Assembly (NCBI RefSeq): GCF_018350175.1
Contig: NC_058383.1
Location: 8,496,001-8,560,000, forward strand
From: Felis catus
Taxonomy: Eukaryota
Direction of reading: 5' to 3'
DNA: 64,000 nt
The notes under the pieces were generated by a model. That model was not told where the DNA came from. It was given only the letters and a program-made list of their open reading frames with translations, and searched no databases. The position numbers and the translations under genes are program-made. Every line of letters begins with the position of its first letter. Position 1 is the stretch's first letter. Shown in pieces: positions 37,425 through 49,888 of the stretch.

Positions 37425-39409
37425 AGAAGTGACCATGCAGAGAGACCTTGGCAGGGACTAGAGGGTCATAAAAGGAAATGACATGACTTGGTGACACTAC
37501 TCCCTGGCTTCCCCACCCCCCACCCAGGTGCACAGAGGTCTCCCCTCTGTGACTCCCCACTGCACCAGCCTGGGAGCCAAAGTCACAGTGTCTCTTGCCC
37601 GGGACAGAGAGACACGACCCTCACATCAATGCCAGTAACGGTTTACCCACTCGGCTTCCTGTTAGGTTTTTTCTTCCTTCCCCGCAAGGGTGTCTCTTAT
37701 CTTAAACTTCTTAGGGGGGTTTGTGCTGGGCTGTTTAGAATTTGATGACAGTTGGTGCCAGAAACTGGCCTCTCGGGGAAAATGAGGGGGAGAAAAGCAG
37801 GCCCAGGTGGGCCCTGGGTCCGGAGCGGACGGGACAGGCAGGACAACGCCAAAGCCGTGCCCAGCTGTCTGCCAATGTCAGGCTCCATCTTCCGGACAGG
37901 ACCAGCTTCGGCAGGGGGAAGTGCGGGGAGAGGCAGGGAGCTACAAGGAACCCACCCGACGGATGACCAAGAGGCAGTTGGGCTTGCTGGGCTGAGGGGT
38001 TTGCTTTGGCTCCTGAACTGGGAGCTCTGGGTAATTCATGACAGAGGCACAGTGAGAGAATCTGCCACGGAAACTGGCCCCTCCATATCTTTCTGCTACC
38101 GGGCCGTCCCCTGGTAAAGACCTTTTGATGCCCTGCCACGTGTGCTCTGTGTGACCCAGTGGCCCAGTTCTAACGAGTGTCCTGCATCCTCCTGGGGTCT
38201 CTAAGGGATGGTCTTGCCCTTGTCAATCTGCCCAGAATGCTTGCCAGCCTGGGGCCCTGTCTGCACCCGCGGATCCCCGCCTCACCCAGGCCCCAGAGCC
38301 CCAAACTCGGCTTCACTCAGGGCTGCCAGGCTGCCGGTCCCTCCTCCTACCTGCTCCTGCCCCGAGGCGTCTGTCCACCCGAGGGACCACCTCCTGACCA
38401 AACGTAACTCGCACCCTGGGAGGCCGAGGGTCTGCACTCGTGAGCCCCAGTCGTCTGTAAACCAGCCAGCTCCCAAGCCCCCTGACCATCCCTCTGGGCC
38501 TGTCCAGGGCCCAAGTTCAAGGCTGACCCAGATCTGGCTAACTCTGAACCTCTGTCCAGTACTCAACCTGTGCCGTGTCTGGGCCATATAAGGAGCAGAT
38601 GAGGCGAATGAACAGAGAGATAGAGCTGGCTTGGGTTCAGTCGGGAGAAACGGTCTTACGGCAACCTGGGGTGGAGGTTAGGCCTGGGGTTGGGCTGGCC
38701 AAACTCTGACCAGTGATGGCAAACGAGATGCTCCTATCTGTCATCCAGAAACCGATCCCTACGGCCAGGGGGGGCACAGAGAACCAGATGCCTGGATCCC
38801 CGACTTCAGTCGAGATGCCACAAAACACAGGGGAATGGCCTAAGCGGAATCCCACCGACCCTACTAACCTGCCAGACTCCGCTCTGAGATCTAGGAAGGA
38901 AGTCAGGGCCCAGGAGGGTCACACGATCTCTCAGACGCTGCCTGTGGTCACGGTCATGTCCAAGGCGAGGTGTACGGGAAACAGCAACACCTGAGGAGAA
39001 AGGAGAAGGTGTGAGAGCCCCAGGTGGCTGTTCCCGTGCCCGGCCGCCTCCCTGCGCCACAACCAGACTGGGCAGCACTGGCCAGAAGGTGCTTGCGGGA
39101 GGGCTGAGAAACCCGGGGAAGGAGAGAGACAGCAGCAAGTGCAGGGGGCCCGGTGTTCACAGATCACCACTGTGAAGACACACGTGGGGACCGCATGTGT
39201 CCGGGGCTGTGGGTAATACGGGGACACCGAGGCGCCAGGGAGTGGAAGGAAAACTGACGTGTGTGAAAGTCTCTGAAGTTACTCATTCATTTTCCCGTTC
39301 AGTCCTTCAACAAATATTTCTTGAGCTTCTTCTAGGCATGTAGGATAGTACAGAGATAAGAGCCCAGAACTCTGGGGCCAAATGGCCTGAGTTCAAGTCC
39401 CTTCTCTGC

Positions 39410-39633
39410 TTTTTTTTAAAAATTTTTTTTCCAACGTTTATTTATTTTTGCGACAGAGAGAGACAGAGCATGAACGGGGGAGGGGTAGAGAGAGAGGGAG
39501 ACACAGAATCGGAAACAGGCTCCAGGCTCTGAGCCATCAGCCCAGAGCCCGACGCGGGGCTGGAACCCACGGACCGCGAGATCGTGACCTGGCTGAAGTC
39601 GGACGCTTAACCGACTGCGCCACCCAGGCGCCC
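39410..39633 (-). mobile_element. Young SINEC_Fc-type copy
   Basis: Diagnostic 'gacctggctgaagtcggacgcttaaccgactgcgccaccc'. Confidence 0.97.
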
Positions 39634-39666
39634 CTCTGCTCTTTTTTTTAAAATACAGATGCTTCT

Positions 39667-39856
39667 TTTTTTTTTTTTTTAATGTGTATTTATGGGGGGG
39701 GGGGTGGCAGAGAGAGAGGCGGACAGAGGATCCAAAGCGGGCTCTGTACTGACAGCAGACAGCCCGGTGCAGGGCTCGAACTCACGAACCGTGAGATCAT
39801 GACCTGAGCCAAAGTCGGATGCTTTGGCTCCAAAGACGGTGCCACCCAGGCGCCCC
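39667..39856 (-). mobile_element. CAN-SINE
   Basis: Reverse-complement SINEC ending gccacccaggcgcccc. Confidence 0.9.
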
Positions 39857-40094
39857 TTTAATTGTTTTCTTAGTTGCAGTAAAATACACATACCGTTTAC
39901 CATCTTTACCATTTTTAAGTGCACATTTGACCATGACCTGTGCAAAGGGACTATCTGTGTTTCTGGCTCTACCTAACCGTTTTTCCAGTGCTTTCTGTCT
40001 CCTTGTGGGCAAAGGCTGCAAGGGACATAACATTATGGACAGAAATCCTGGACCTCGAGAATGCCCCAGCTGTGCCTCTCCTGGGCAAAGTGGG

Positions 40095-40096
<2 letters not shown>

Positions 40097-40132
<36 letters not shown>
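40097..40132. repeat. (TG)18 microsatellite
   Basis: Seen directly. Confidence 0.97.
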
Positions 40133-40136
<4 letters not shown>

Positions 40137-40882
40137 GGCAGGAAGCAGACCCCCCCCCCTCCCCTGCCCAGGGAAGAGAGTCCCTACACTTCATTCCTAC
40201 ATCTCTCTCCCCAGCCTTCTGGAAGCCTGAGTCAGCCTGCAATCTGCTTTTTCTCTGGAGTCAGGCTGGGCCCCTGGGATGTGAGGGTGGGGAAGCTTGG
40301 GTCACTGTCAAAGAGGGAGGGGGAGGGGGAGAGCTGGAGCATTCTGGGAAGGAAATCCCCATGGGGAAGGCCGGCAGGTGGTGGGTACCTGGACAAAAGG
40401 GGATCTAAGGGAGACAGGGATGTGTGGGGCCCGAGGAGGGAGGGGTGTGTTGAAGAGGTGAGAATGGTTGCGGATGAGAAGGTTGGAGGGAGTGGGTCAC
40501 CCCTGCCCTTGAGGAGCAGAGGCCCCTTGCACTTTCCCCACACGGACTGAGCAGGGACTGTCCAGGAAGGTGGATCTGGCCTGGCTCGGGGGACCAACGC
40601 TCACCCAGAAGACGTCACTGGCTCTGGAATGTAGAGAGAGAGCTGGGAATGCCGTGACAGCGGCCTGGCAACCCGCAGGACGTCAGGGCTCCTCCCTTCC
40701 CCCCACCCAAGGGCCAGTCCCTCTCCTCCGAGCCCGGGGACGCGCACAGAACCACAAAGGACAAGAAGAGACTCCTGGAATGTCTCCCAGAGGAAGGGCC
40801 CTTGTAAAATCCAACCACCTTGTTATCCAGGCTGGGAAACTGAGGCTCGGAGAGGGTGCTCCCCCCCCCACCACCACCACTT

Positions 40883-41330
40883 GCGGGTCCCCGCTCCGCC
40901 CGCGCCAGGCAGGGGGCGCCCTTCCCCGCCGCCCGGGCCCCGCGGCCGCCGCGCCTGGCCGGTCCCCTAAGGAAAGTCCTCTTAAAGAGTTTTTCCTTTC
41001 GCGTGAACTCACCGCCTCCATCCAGCCGCGCGGTCTCAAAGGTGAACATCACACAAATGCGTTACAGATGTGTTTCCTTCCATTTTTGGCTACCGCGGGG
41101 CGCCTGCGAGCGGCGGCGGCGGCCCCGGCGCGATCCAGGCCGCGTTTTCCGTGCCGCCCGCCAACTTTTTCAAGCTGTAGTTATTTGATAATGATTTTTT
41201 TTTTTTTTTAAACCTCTCCCAATAATTGTTATCCTCCCCGCCCGGTGCAGCTCAGGTGATGGGCACAGACTGCAGACGCCTCCTCCTCCTCCTCCTCCGG
41301 GTGCTCGGCGGCCGCCCCGGGGTGAGAAAC
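40883..41330. promoter_or_regulatory. Small CpG island with AT-rich motif cores (candidate enhancer or lncRNA promoter)
   Basis: Dense CpG (gcggcggcggcggccccggcgcg), CArG CCATTTTTGG 41080-41089, CAGATG, TGATAA, ATTGTT. Confidence 0.55.
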
Positions 41331-43571
41331 CACAGCCCAGGCACCTTCGGCAAAGCCAAGGTCCAGGGTCCGCGTCTGGGCTAGCCCAGCCCCGTGGGAC
41401 GACCCCCCTCTCAATCGCTCCCACGATTCTGCACGACCGACCCCTCCTCCCATAACCAGGCCACCTCCCCAAAGCCCACAAATGGGGGAGGGGCATGGCT
41501 GTCTGCTGGAAGACTGAACAGAGAGGGTGTGCTGTGCACAGAGCCTCACGCTGCAAACCTTTATTGGGCACCTGCTGTATCCCCAAGCCCTGAACAAAGC
41601 CCTGACCTCAAAGACAAGCAAGAACAGTGCCTGCCCTCGGGGCTCCCAGTCCAGAGGCGCCTGGGACCACACACCCCTAAGCAGGAAAGAGAAGAGGGCT
41701 TCCAGGGCGGGATTGGGGCCGGAAATTGCTCCGGGTGGCAAGTGGCAAAGCTGGACACGGAGGGCTTGCCACCCCCACCACAAGGCCCCAGGGAGAGCTG
41801 CCACACCCTCTTTCCTCACCCTTCATCCCTTCCTCCGGCCCCTACAAAGGGGGGTCACCGCCAGCCTGAGTGGAGGCCTCTTCTAAGAAGCTACAGGACT
41901 CAGAAGATCGGGTCCCACAGGCCGGGGTACATAGGCAGCAGCCCAGGCTGTTGGGGTCCCCGAAGCCACAGCTTCACACGTCAAGCAGGAGGCGGAAAGA
42001 CAAGGCCAGGACGGAAGCACCTGTCCCTTTTGGAGTTCAACCCCCCGAGGGAGGGGCCAGGTGAGCTCTGGCTTTCACATGTAAGGGTCCCACGCCTTTC
42101 TGATGTTCAACTGCAGTGGTTTGATGGAGCCCTTTGCTCGGGAGGAAGTGACACCCCCAGAAAGCCCAAAGCCCTTTAGTTAAACCTGAATTCGTTTTAA
42201 GTTTTTACATTGATACATTTGAGGTAAAATTGGGGCAGCCAGCAGCAGGGGGTGAAGGAGGAGGAAGTGAAAGGTTAAAAAGGCAGAGGGGCCGCGTTGG
42301 GCTGCAGAGAAGAAAGGGGTGCTGGCTGGAGGCCAGCAAAGAGTGTCCTTGGGCAAAACCGGACGGTTCCGCCCCTCCACTCCCCTCACTACTGGCTCTT
42401 CTCCAAGCCGTCCAACCTCTTGGAACATGGCGCCCATCACTTCCCGCATCCAGTGGCCGGCCTCAGAGACACAGCGTGCTCAAGAGATACCAGTCAATCC
42501 CAGTGAATCCCAGGGTAGCTGAGGGGCAGCGCAGGAGTGTTGCGGTCGGCTCTTTCACAAACCTGCCAACTCCCCCCACCAAGCGGTGGGACCCTCTGGG
42601 AGCCTTGGAGAAATCCCTCTCTTCCTGTCTCCCTGGATCCAGCCAAGCGCACAGCCCTCCAGGAGGGGGCTCCCAGAGACACCTCCCCTCCTCATCCTGC
42701 CTGGAGGAGGGGCGTCAGCTGCAGGGCTGGAGGCCCCTTGTCTGAAAAGAAGCAGGATTTATCTCAGTTTGGGGAGGTCCGGGGCCCTGGAGTCCTAGAT
42801 CATCATTAGTTCCATCAAAGAGGCGGCTGGGATCTGAAGGGGGCAAGATGCATGGCGTCCAAATTGGAAACAGCCTGGTGGGCTACGGGGCAGGAGCAGG
42901 GCTGGGAGAGGACTCAGGCCTCCCCTGGGGGGCCCGGGACACTGGAGGAGTCCCACAGACAGTGCACAGGAAGAGGAGGAGGAGGAGGGAAGAGAAAACA
43001 TTCCACTCGGGCTCCAGGGAAGAGAGCCGAGCAAGATGGAGCACAGCCAGGTCTGCAAGTGAACGTGACCTCCCCGAGGGGGCGGTGAGTGGAGGCGGCC
43101 AGTCCCACTAGCGGCCCGAGGGCCTAGTGTGTGTCTGGCCCCGTGCTGCACACCCGCGTGCGTCCTGTCAGCCCGCCCACAGGAACAGAAAGCACTGCCT
43201 TTGCTTTACAGATGGGGAAACTGAGGCTGGCAGGGGAGGACTCCTGTGCCCAGGGTCACCCAGGGCACCCGCAGAGCCGGGGTTCTGGCTCAAATGCCTT
43301 GCTCTTCAGGACCTCACGCTTCCCCGAAAAGGGAGCGCAGAAGGAAGAGTGTCTCCCAACTCTCCCTGCTAGTGCCCAGCCCGGAGCGACGGCCCGATTT
43401 TAAACTCTAGGCGTAACCTAGAGATAGAGAAACAGGACAGAGATCTCTTGGAGATACCGGGAAGCGGTAATACCACAGACAGGAACGGAATTTGTTTATT
43501 TATTGTTTTTAAGTACGCTCCGTGCCCAGCGTAGGGCTTGAACTCACGACTGTGAGATTAACAACTTCGAA

Positions 43572-43776
43572 GGGGCGCCCGGGTGGCTCAGTCGGTTAAG
43601 CGTCGGACTCTTGACTTCAGCTCAGGTTATGACCTCCCGGTTGGTGATTCGAGCCCTGTGTCGGGCTCTGCGCTGACAGTGTGGAGCCTGCTTGGGATTC
43701 TCTGCCTCCCTCTCTCTCTGCCCCTCTCCCACTCGCTCGCTCTCAAAATAAATCAATTTTTTAAAAAATTAAAATT
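43572..43776 (+). mobile_element. CAN-SINE (nest level 2)
   Basis: Full head and body. Confidence 0.95.
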
Positions 43777-43998
43777 GGGGCACCTGGGTGGCTCAGTCGG
43801 TTAAGCCGCCGACTTCGGCTCAGGTCATGATCTCGCGGTCTGTGAGTTCGAGCCCCGTGTCGGGCTCTGTGCTGACGGCTCAGAGCCTGGAGCCTATTTC
43901 AGATTCTGTATCTCCCTCTCTCTGACCCTCCCCCATTCATGCTCTGGCTCTCTCTGTCTCAAAAATAAAAATAAAAACGTTAAAAAAAATTTTTTTTA
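43777..43998 (+). mobile_element. CAN-SINE (nest level 3)
   Basis: Full head and body; flanking aattaaaat duplication. Confidence 0.95.
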
Positions 43999-44220
43999 GG
44001 GGCGCCTGGGTGGCGCAGTCGGTTAAGCGTCCGACTTCAGCCAGGTCACGATCTCGCGGTCTGTGAGTTCGAGCCCCGCGTCAGGCTCTGGGCTGATGGC
44101 TCGGAGCCTGGAGCCTGTTTCCGATTCTGTGTCTCCCTCTCTCTCTGCCCCTCCCCCGTTCATGCTCTGTCTCTCTCTGTCCCAAAAAAAAAAAAAAAAA
44201 AAAAAAAAAAACGTTGAGAA
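43999..44220 (+). mobile_element. Young SINEC_Fc-type copy (nest level 4)
   Basis: Diagnostic head, long pure A tract, 17-bp TSD A8T8A. Confidence 0.97.
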
Positions 44221-45636
44221 AAAAAAAATTTTTTTTAATTAAAATAAAAAAAAAAATAGTCACACGCTCTACTGACTAAGCCAGCCAGGTGCCTCCAGAA
44301 TAGGATTTAAATGACACATTCAACTGTAAAAACATCTATAAGATCTCTCCCCACCGGTGTGCTTTGCTGGCGACTGACCTCTTTCTAGACGTCCCCCCGT
44401 CAATTCCAAAAGATGTCCTATAAGCTTGGACTCTCACGGACCTCCAGACATCTGACCCCCATGCCCCCCAAAAGCCCCTCTCCAGTGGACAGAGAGCACG
44501 TGGAGCCACACGCCTGGGGTGCTGACTAGCTGTGGGCACCCGGGTGCAGCCCTGTTCCCCCCCGGGCTCCAGTGCCCGGCCTGGGAAGAAGGCACGTGCC
44601 TTAGTGAGCAAGGCCTCCAGCCCCACAGGGGCCCCAGAAGTTGGCCCAGAAAGGACACTTGAAGGTCTTTAAGGGGAGACAGAGCCAGAGAAATGCTCAG
44701 GCTAGGAAGCCATCTCCAGGGGAGGGGGAAAAATGAGCGACAAGAAGTACCAAGGATGTTCCGGAAGCTTTACGCATGATGCCAAGAAACGGGATGCAGC
44801 CGAACACCACGTCACTGTTCCAAGCGGCGCTCGTGGCTGGGGTTCATGAACACGGGAAATGCTTCAGGACGACACGAGGATTACAGAAGGTAAGTAAGGT
44901 AGGTGCCTGCAACATGATGGACACCGACGTTTGCCCCTGGTTGGAGTGCGATTAAAAAGCAGGAATGAATAAACACGGTACATGGAATGATCTCGAGTCT
45001 GTAAAACATGCGTAGAAAAAGGCGGGAAGGAAATGCAACAAAATGTTGCCGAGTTGTGGGATTAGAGATTTTCTGTAAGGGGCGGGTTTTTTTAAATGTG
45101 TTTTAGTTCAAGATTCCCCAGCGTCTTCATTGGAAAGAGTTCAAACATGCAGCCAAGCTGGTACCTCTTTCCAGGTCTATCACTAACTTTGTATTATGCT
45201 ACGTCATGTACCCGCCTATCCCAACCCTCGATCCACCCATAAATCCACCTTGGTTTGGTTTTGTGTTTTAACACATTTTAAAGTAAATTGCAGGCAACAG
45301 TAACTTCGCCCTACGTACTTCAACATGCACGCCAGGAAGAAATGTTTTTCATAGCTACTACCTAGGGGACAGAGGCTGTCCTCAGCTCCAAGAAAAGCAG
45401 CCCCCAGCCCCACCGGCCTTGCGGCAGGCTGGTCCGGAGGAACGGAGGCTGGTTTGGGGTGAGGCCTGGCCCCCTGTCTCACTCTCTGGGTGATCTGCCG
45501 TCCCCGGAGCCCTGTGGTTTCTGGGCAAACACAAGGCAGAGATAATGAGATGTAAATAAACCTCTGGTCATCTGAGGGCACGCTGAAGGTTACTTGAAAT
45601 GAAGCCTGCACTCACCTTGGGCTTCCTGCGGGGATA

Positions 45637-45797
45637 GAAGTGTCAGATTTAACAAATAAAAAATACAGGGCACCCAGTTAAATTTGAATTTCAGATAAAC
45701 AACGCCTTTTTTTTTTTTTTTCAGTATAAGTGGGTCCCAGGCAATGCTTGGGGCATGCCTATATGAAGAAGTATCCAGTCTATACTTTATCTGGCAA
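45637..45797. mobile_element. MER3/MER33-like hAT MITE
   Basis: 'cagatttaacaaataaaaaatacagggcacccagttaaatttgaatttcagataaacaac...tttatctggcaa'. Confidence 0.7.
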
Positions 45798-46200
45798 TGC
45801 TTTGCGAGACGGGGAGATCGACGCCCCAGGAAGGAAGCAAGCCAGAAGATGGGAACCGGGTTGGGATTCTTGATGGTAAAGCCTCCCGTTTGGGCTGTGC
45901 TTTGTACTTGACCAAGTGGTTTTTTTCTATCCCACCTGAGATCCACTGTCGCCCTCCAGGAGAGTATTCTCTTATTCCCACTTGAAGTTGAAGGACTTAA
46001 GGCTCAGGTCGTCCAGGGTCCCCACCGGGCTGACAAGGTGAGCCGCCTCAGTGTCTGGTCTCCCGGGGGGCCTCTCCCCGACCCTAGTTCTTCTCTTGGA
46101 AACCTCAGCAGACCCCATACGTGGGCCCTGAAACCCACCGGCGGGGCTCCAGGATGGGCCCTGCATCCTGAAGCTTCAGGGCTCAAGGCCCGCCACCCCC

Positions 46201-46660
46201 CGTGATAGTTAACCTTGTGTGTCAGTTGCCCGGGACGTGGGGTGCCCAGATGTTTGGCTAGACTTAATTTCCCGGTGTGTCTGTGAGGGGGTTTCTGGAC
46301 GAGATTAGCCTTTGAATCAGTAGACTGAGTAAAGCAGATGGCCCTCCCCCAACATAGGTGGGCCTCGCCTAACCAGTTGAGGGCCTGCATAGACTCTCTT
46401 CCTGACTGCGAACCCGGACCTCGGTCTTCTCCAGCACTCAGACTGGAACTTGCCACTGGCTGCCCTGGGCTGCAGGCCTTAGGGCTTTGGCTAGCGCTTA
46501 CACCCTCAGTTTTCCTAATTCTTGGACTGAAACTCAACCAGCTTTCCTGGGCCTCTAGCTTGCAAACGGCAGATCGTGGGACTTAACAGTCGCCATAATC
46601 ACAGAAGCCGATCCCTTCCAGTGAATCTCTCTTTATCTCTCTGTGTATCTGGAGAACTCC
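46201..46660 (+). mobile_element. MLT2-like solo LTR (ERVL)
   Basis: 'gtgtgtctgtgagggggtttctggacgagattagcctttgaatcagtagactgagtaaagcagatggccctcccc'. Confidence 0.85.
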
Positions 46661-47639
46661 CTCAGAGAGGTCACACAGGTCAGCCTGGGCAGCTAGAAGG
46701 GACCGATGTCAGTTAATGCCAGCCAGCAGAGGACTTGGCAGGTCACATGTCACATGGTGGGGCCGGGGCTCCCGGAGGTCACGGGGCAAGGTACATACGG
46801 CAGGACAGAGGGGGCATCCAGGCTTCCACCTCATGAATGCTCTTTTCAGAGCACCCTCGGGCTGGACCCGTGGCTTCGGGGGGAGGACACAGGTGTGGAT
46901 GGCGGCAGTGTGGGGCGACAGAAGCCACACGCCAAGGCGTGTAGGTGGGAAAGGAAGCTGGCCCAGTGCCATCCCCGTCCCCCCACTCTCCTCCCAGGCA
47001 TCCAGCCGCTCCTTCGTTTGAATTCGATCCCAGTGTTTGACCATTTGTTTACCTGCACGCTTAGTAACCACCCCGTCCGCCGGTGGACAGGAGTGAGAGT
47101 TCGACAAGTCTCCGGGCAACTGTTTTCCAAAAGGCTTCTTGATTTTCTAATAACTACCCCTCCTTCAACTCGAGACTGGGGCAGCCAGTTTGGAGACCCG
47201 TGAGTTAAGGCTTCAAGGGTAAAATACGGAAGCTGGGCTCACACACCTGTCGGGGCCATAAGGTTCTCCGAGGCACCATTCCCTGAGAGCTGCCTTTGCT
47301 TCCTTCCTTTGTCCTGGCATGAGGACCTGCCCGGCCGTTGTCAGTGTCAGCCACCAGGTCCCTCCCAGGGTCCAAAACAAGCCTCCTCACTTGTCCCAGG
47401 GCTTGGCCAAGCCAGGGCCGAGTGCAAAGCTGAGATACAGGCTGTCCCGGGTGATGGTGTTGAAGCTCCGGTCGGCGCCAGCCGTCATGGGGAAGCTGAG
47501 CCTCCGTGCGGCTCTGGTGAGACTCAAGTTCTAGCATCTTTCTTACATCGGGTCTGCAGATGCGCCCCATGCGTCCGTCCATTGCTTCACGTATCAGTTC
47601 GTTGCATTTAAGCAGTTACGTAAAAACGTAATTTGTTTT

Positions 47640-47803
47640 GGGGACTGGCTGGCTCGGTTGGTTGAGCGTCCGAGTTTGGCTCAGGTCATGATCTCACAGT
47701 TCGTGAGTTCAAGCCCCGCGTCGGGCTCTGTGCTGATACCTCGGAGCCTGGAGCCTGCTTCGGATTCTGTGTCTCCCTCTCTCTGCCCCTCCCCCACTCA
47801 CAC

Positions 47804-47842
<39 letters not shown>

Positions 47843-47873
47843 AATAAATAAAAAACGTTAAAAAAAGTTTTTA
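47640..47873 (+). mobile_element. CAN-SINE
   Basis: Degenerate head, SINEC body, (CT)n, A tail. Confidence 0.92.
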
Positions 47874-47889
47874 AATCTAGTAATAAAGC

Positions 47890-48105
47890 GGGGCGCCTGG
47901 GTGGCTCAGTCAATTAAGTGACCGACTCATTTCGGCTCAGGTCATGATCTCACAGTTCATGAGGTCGAGCCCCGCATCAGGCTCTGCACTGACGGCTTGG
48001 GATTCTCTCTCTCTCCCTTGCTCTCTGCCCCTCCCCCACTGCTCGCTTGCACGCGTGCTCTCTCTCTCTCTCTCTCTCTCCCCCCCCAAAAATTAAATAA
48101 ATAAA
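47890..48105 (+). mobile_element. CAN-SINE
   Basis: Full head, body and tail. Confidence 0.92.
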
Positions 48106-48229
48106 TACACTTCAAATTTAGTGATACAGTAACTAACACTTTTATGGGTCGAATATTGTTGGATGCGGGTTCCGACAAAGCAGGGAAAATTCCTCCATCT
48201 GAACTTGCATGATCTCCCCGCACCCCAAC

Positions 48230-49680
48230 ACCCACACACACTGCCCCCATGCCAGCATCTTTATTCTCTGAAGGAAAGGGGTTTTTGTTTTGTTTTTAGT
48301 TTGAACCCCCCCCCCCGCCCCCTCCCCCTGAGATTCGTCTCTGGCGAGTTTCCTTTGCTGTCTACCAAATGGTTTTGAAATAGTCATCATTTCTCTGAGA
48401 TGCTAAAGATTGCTTTTACTTCAGAAGGCAATGAAAACATGTCTACAGTTTCACTTTGAAGCTCGTCGGGGAAGAAAAAAACCCCTATAACATTTAGCAC
48501 GTGTAAAGGAATTCTCAATTCATGGGCCACCTGTGTGTCTGATAATCGCTTAATGCTGCTTCCCCGGTTTCAATAATCTTTGCAAGCCGCTCAAATCGCG
48601 GCAGATAAAGCCTGCTGACGCGCGGCCCGATGTGACTGGAGCGAACCACTCCGTGTCCCCGATACTGCCTCGCTGCTCTGGTTACATGTGTTTGGGGCGA
48701 TCGCCAGTCTTGCGACAGATGCATGGGTGGCGCGGAACAAGGAACGGAGCGTCGTGGAAGCGCGTCCACGGGTTTTTGCGTTTTTCTGCAGAGGCCTTGG
48801 CATCACAGAGCACAACCGATGGGCACGCCAATGCTCCTGAACACCCCCACGTTTCCCGCGTTTGCGTGGCGGATTTGGTCGCCCGTGTTAGGAACCCCAC
48901 TTTGATTTGCTGCAGGCAAATCTTTAGGGACCATATGTGAGTTGGCCCCCGGTCATCTTTTTCGATACCAGCGAAATCCAGGCACCTCTGTGACTGACCC
49001 CGCGATCGAGACCTTTCCCACCTGCACGTCCGGGGCTCCTTCTCTGCCCGACCGGCGGTCCTGTCGCATGTTAGCCAATCGGGGAACATCGATTTCATCT
49101 GCTGTGCCCTGGAACGTTTCAGCGTTTATTTTTTTCTGGCGATTTCCTTTTGAATCTGCTGACTTCTTTAGGCGCCGATGAATTCATGAGATAGACTGGC
49201 TGGCTTTCTCTCTCTCCCTCCGAACTGCCTTTATTCACGGATGAAATACACTTGTCACGACTTCTTCACGATAAACACTGTTTTCCAAGGGATAAAATAC
49301 ATTTAACTCTGGATTTCCGGAATGTTCTGGTTGCCTCAAGCTGTTAGGAGTGAGCAGATACTAATTTGTTAGTGACAGTTTCACCGGGAAATCGATGTTT
49401 TCTCCCCCCGTCCCTGCCCCAACTGCAATGATTTCAGGAGCATTTGACACCTTTCGTGTTTTCAGACTTTTCACGGAGATTTTTTTTTTTCTCCCCAAAC
49501 AGAAACTCCCTGGACTACGGGACTGATCCTCCTCTGCGGGTGCATCGTGTTGGCAAACCATCGGTACAAGAAATGAGGGGATCATGTTTTACAACCTCCT
49601 TCCCTACTCCCCTTGCAAATCTGAACATTAGGAGTCCTCATCATTTCCAGACGGGCCTTAAACTCCTCATATGTTAAAAA
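48230..49680 (-). pseudogene. Candidate decayed processed pseudogene / coding fossil; parent not recognised
   Basis: One minus-strand frame runs 49585->48515 (357 codons) with 5 internal stops, all TGA/TAG, followed by 3'UTR-like sequence and AATAAA (48260-48265, minus). Confidence 0.4.
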
Positions 49681-49688
49681 CAGATTTT

Positions 49689-49880
49689 GCGGTGGTTCCT
49701 GGGCGGCTCAGTCGGTTAAGTGTCCAGCTCTTGACGTAGGCTCAGGTCATGATCTCACAGTTCACGAGTTTGGGCCCCACATCGGGCTCTGTGCTGACAG
49801 CTCGGAGCCTGCTTGGGATTCTCTCTCCCTCTCTCTGCTTCTCCCCTCCCTCTCAAAATGAATAAATAAACTTTAAAAAA
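49689..49880 (+). mobile_element. CAN-SINE
   Basis: SINEC body and tail; degenerate TSD aaaaacagattttg / aaaaatacattctg. Confidence 0.9.
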
Positions 49881-49888
49881 TACATTCT

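Larger units (their letters stand above)
43491..44296 (-). mobile_element. Old short CAN-SINE split by three nested SINEs
   Basis: Halves 'gggcttgaactcacgactgtgagatta' (to ~43560) and 'agtcacacgctctactgactaagccagccaggtgcctcc' (from ~44258). Confidence 0.8.

Noticed and set aside
41558..41567. CArG-like CCTTTATTGG
   Set aside because: Lies in what looks like a decayed L2 3' tail; probably incidental.
41394..42179. Longest ORF (261 aa), and likewise 7247-7993, 39819-40550, 40570-41211 and 61438-62049
   Set aside because: Pro/Gly/Arg-rich low-complexity translations of GC-rich DNA. Some run through SINE, MIR or (TG)n sequence, most start at non-ATG codons, and none has a recognisable domain.
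43572..44245. Array of ~210-bp direct repeats resembling a satellite or CRISPR-like array
   Set aside because: Units are different SINE subfamilies with individual TSDs; no repeat-spacer structure, no cas genes, and the context is mammalian.
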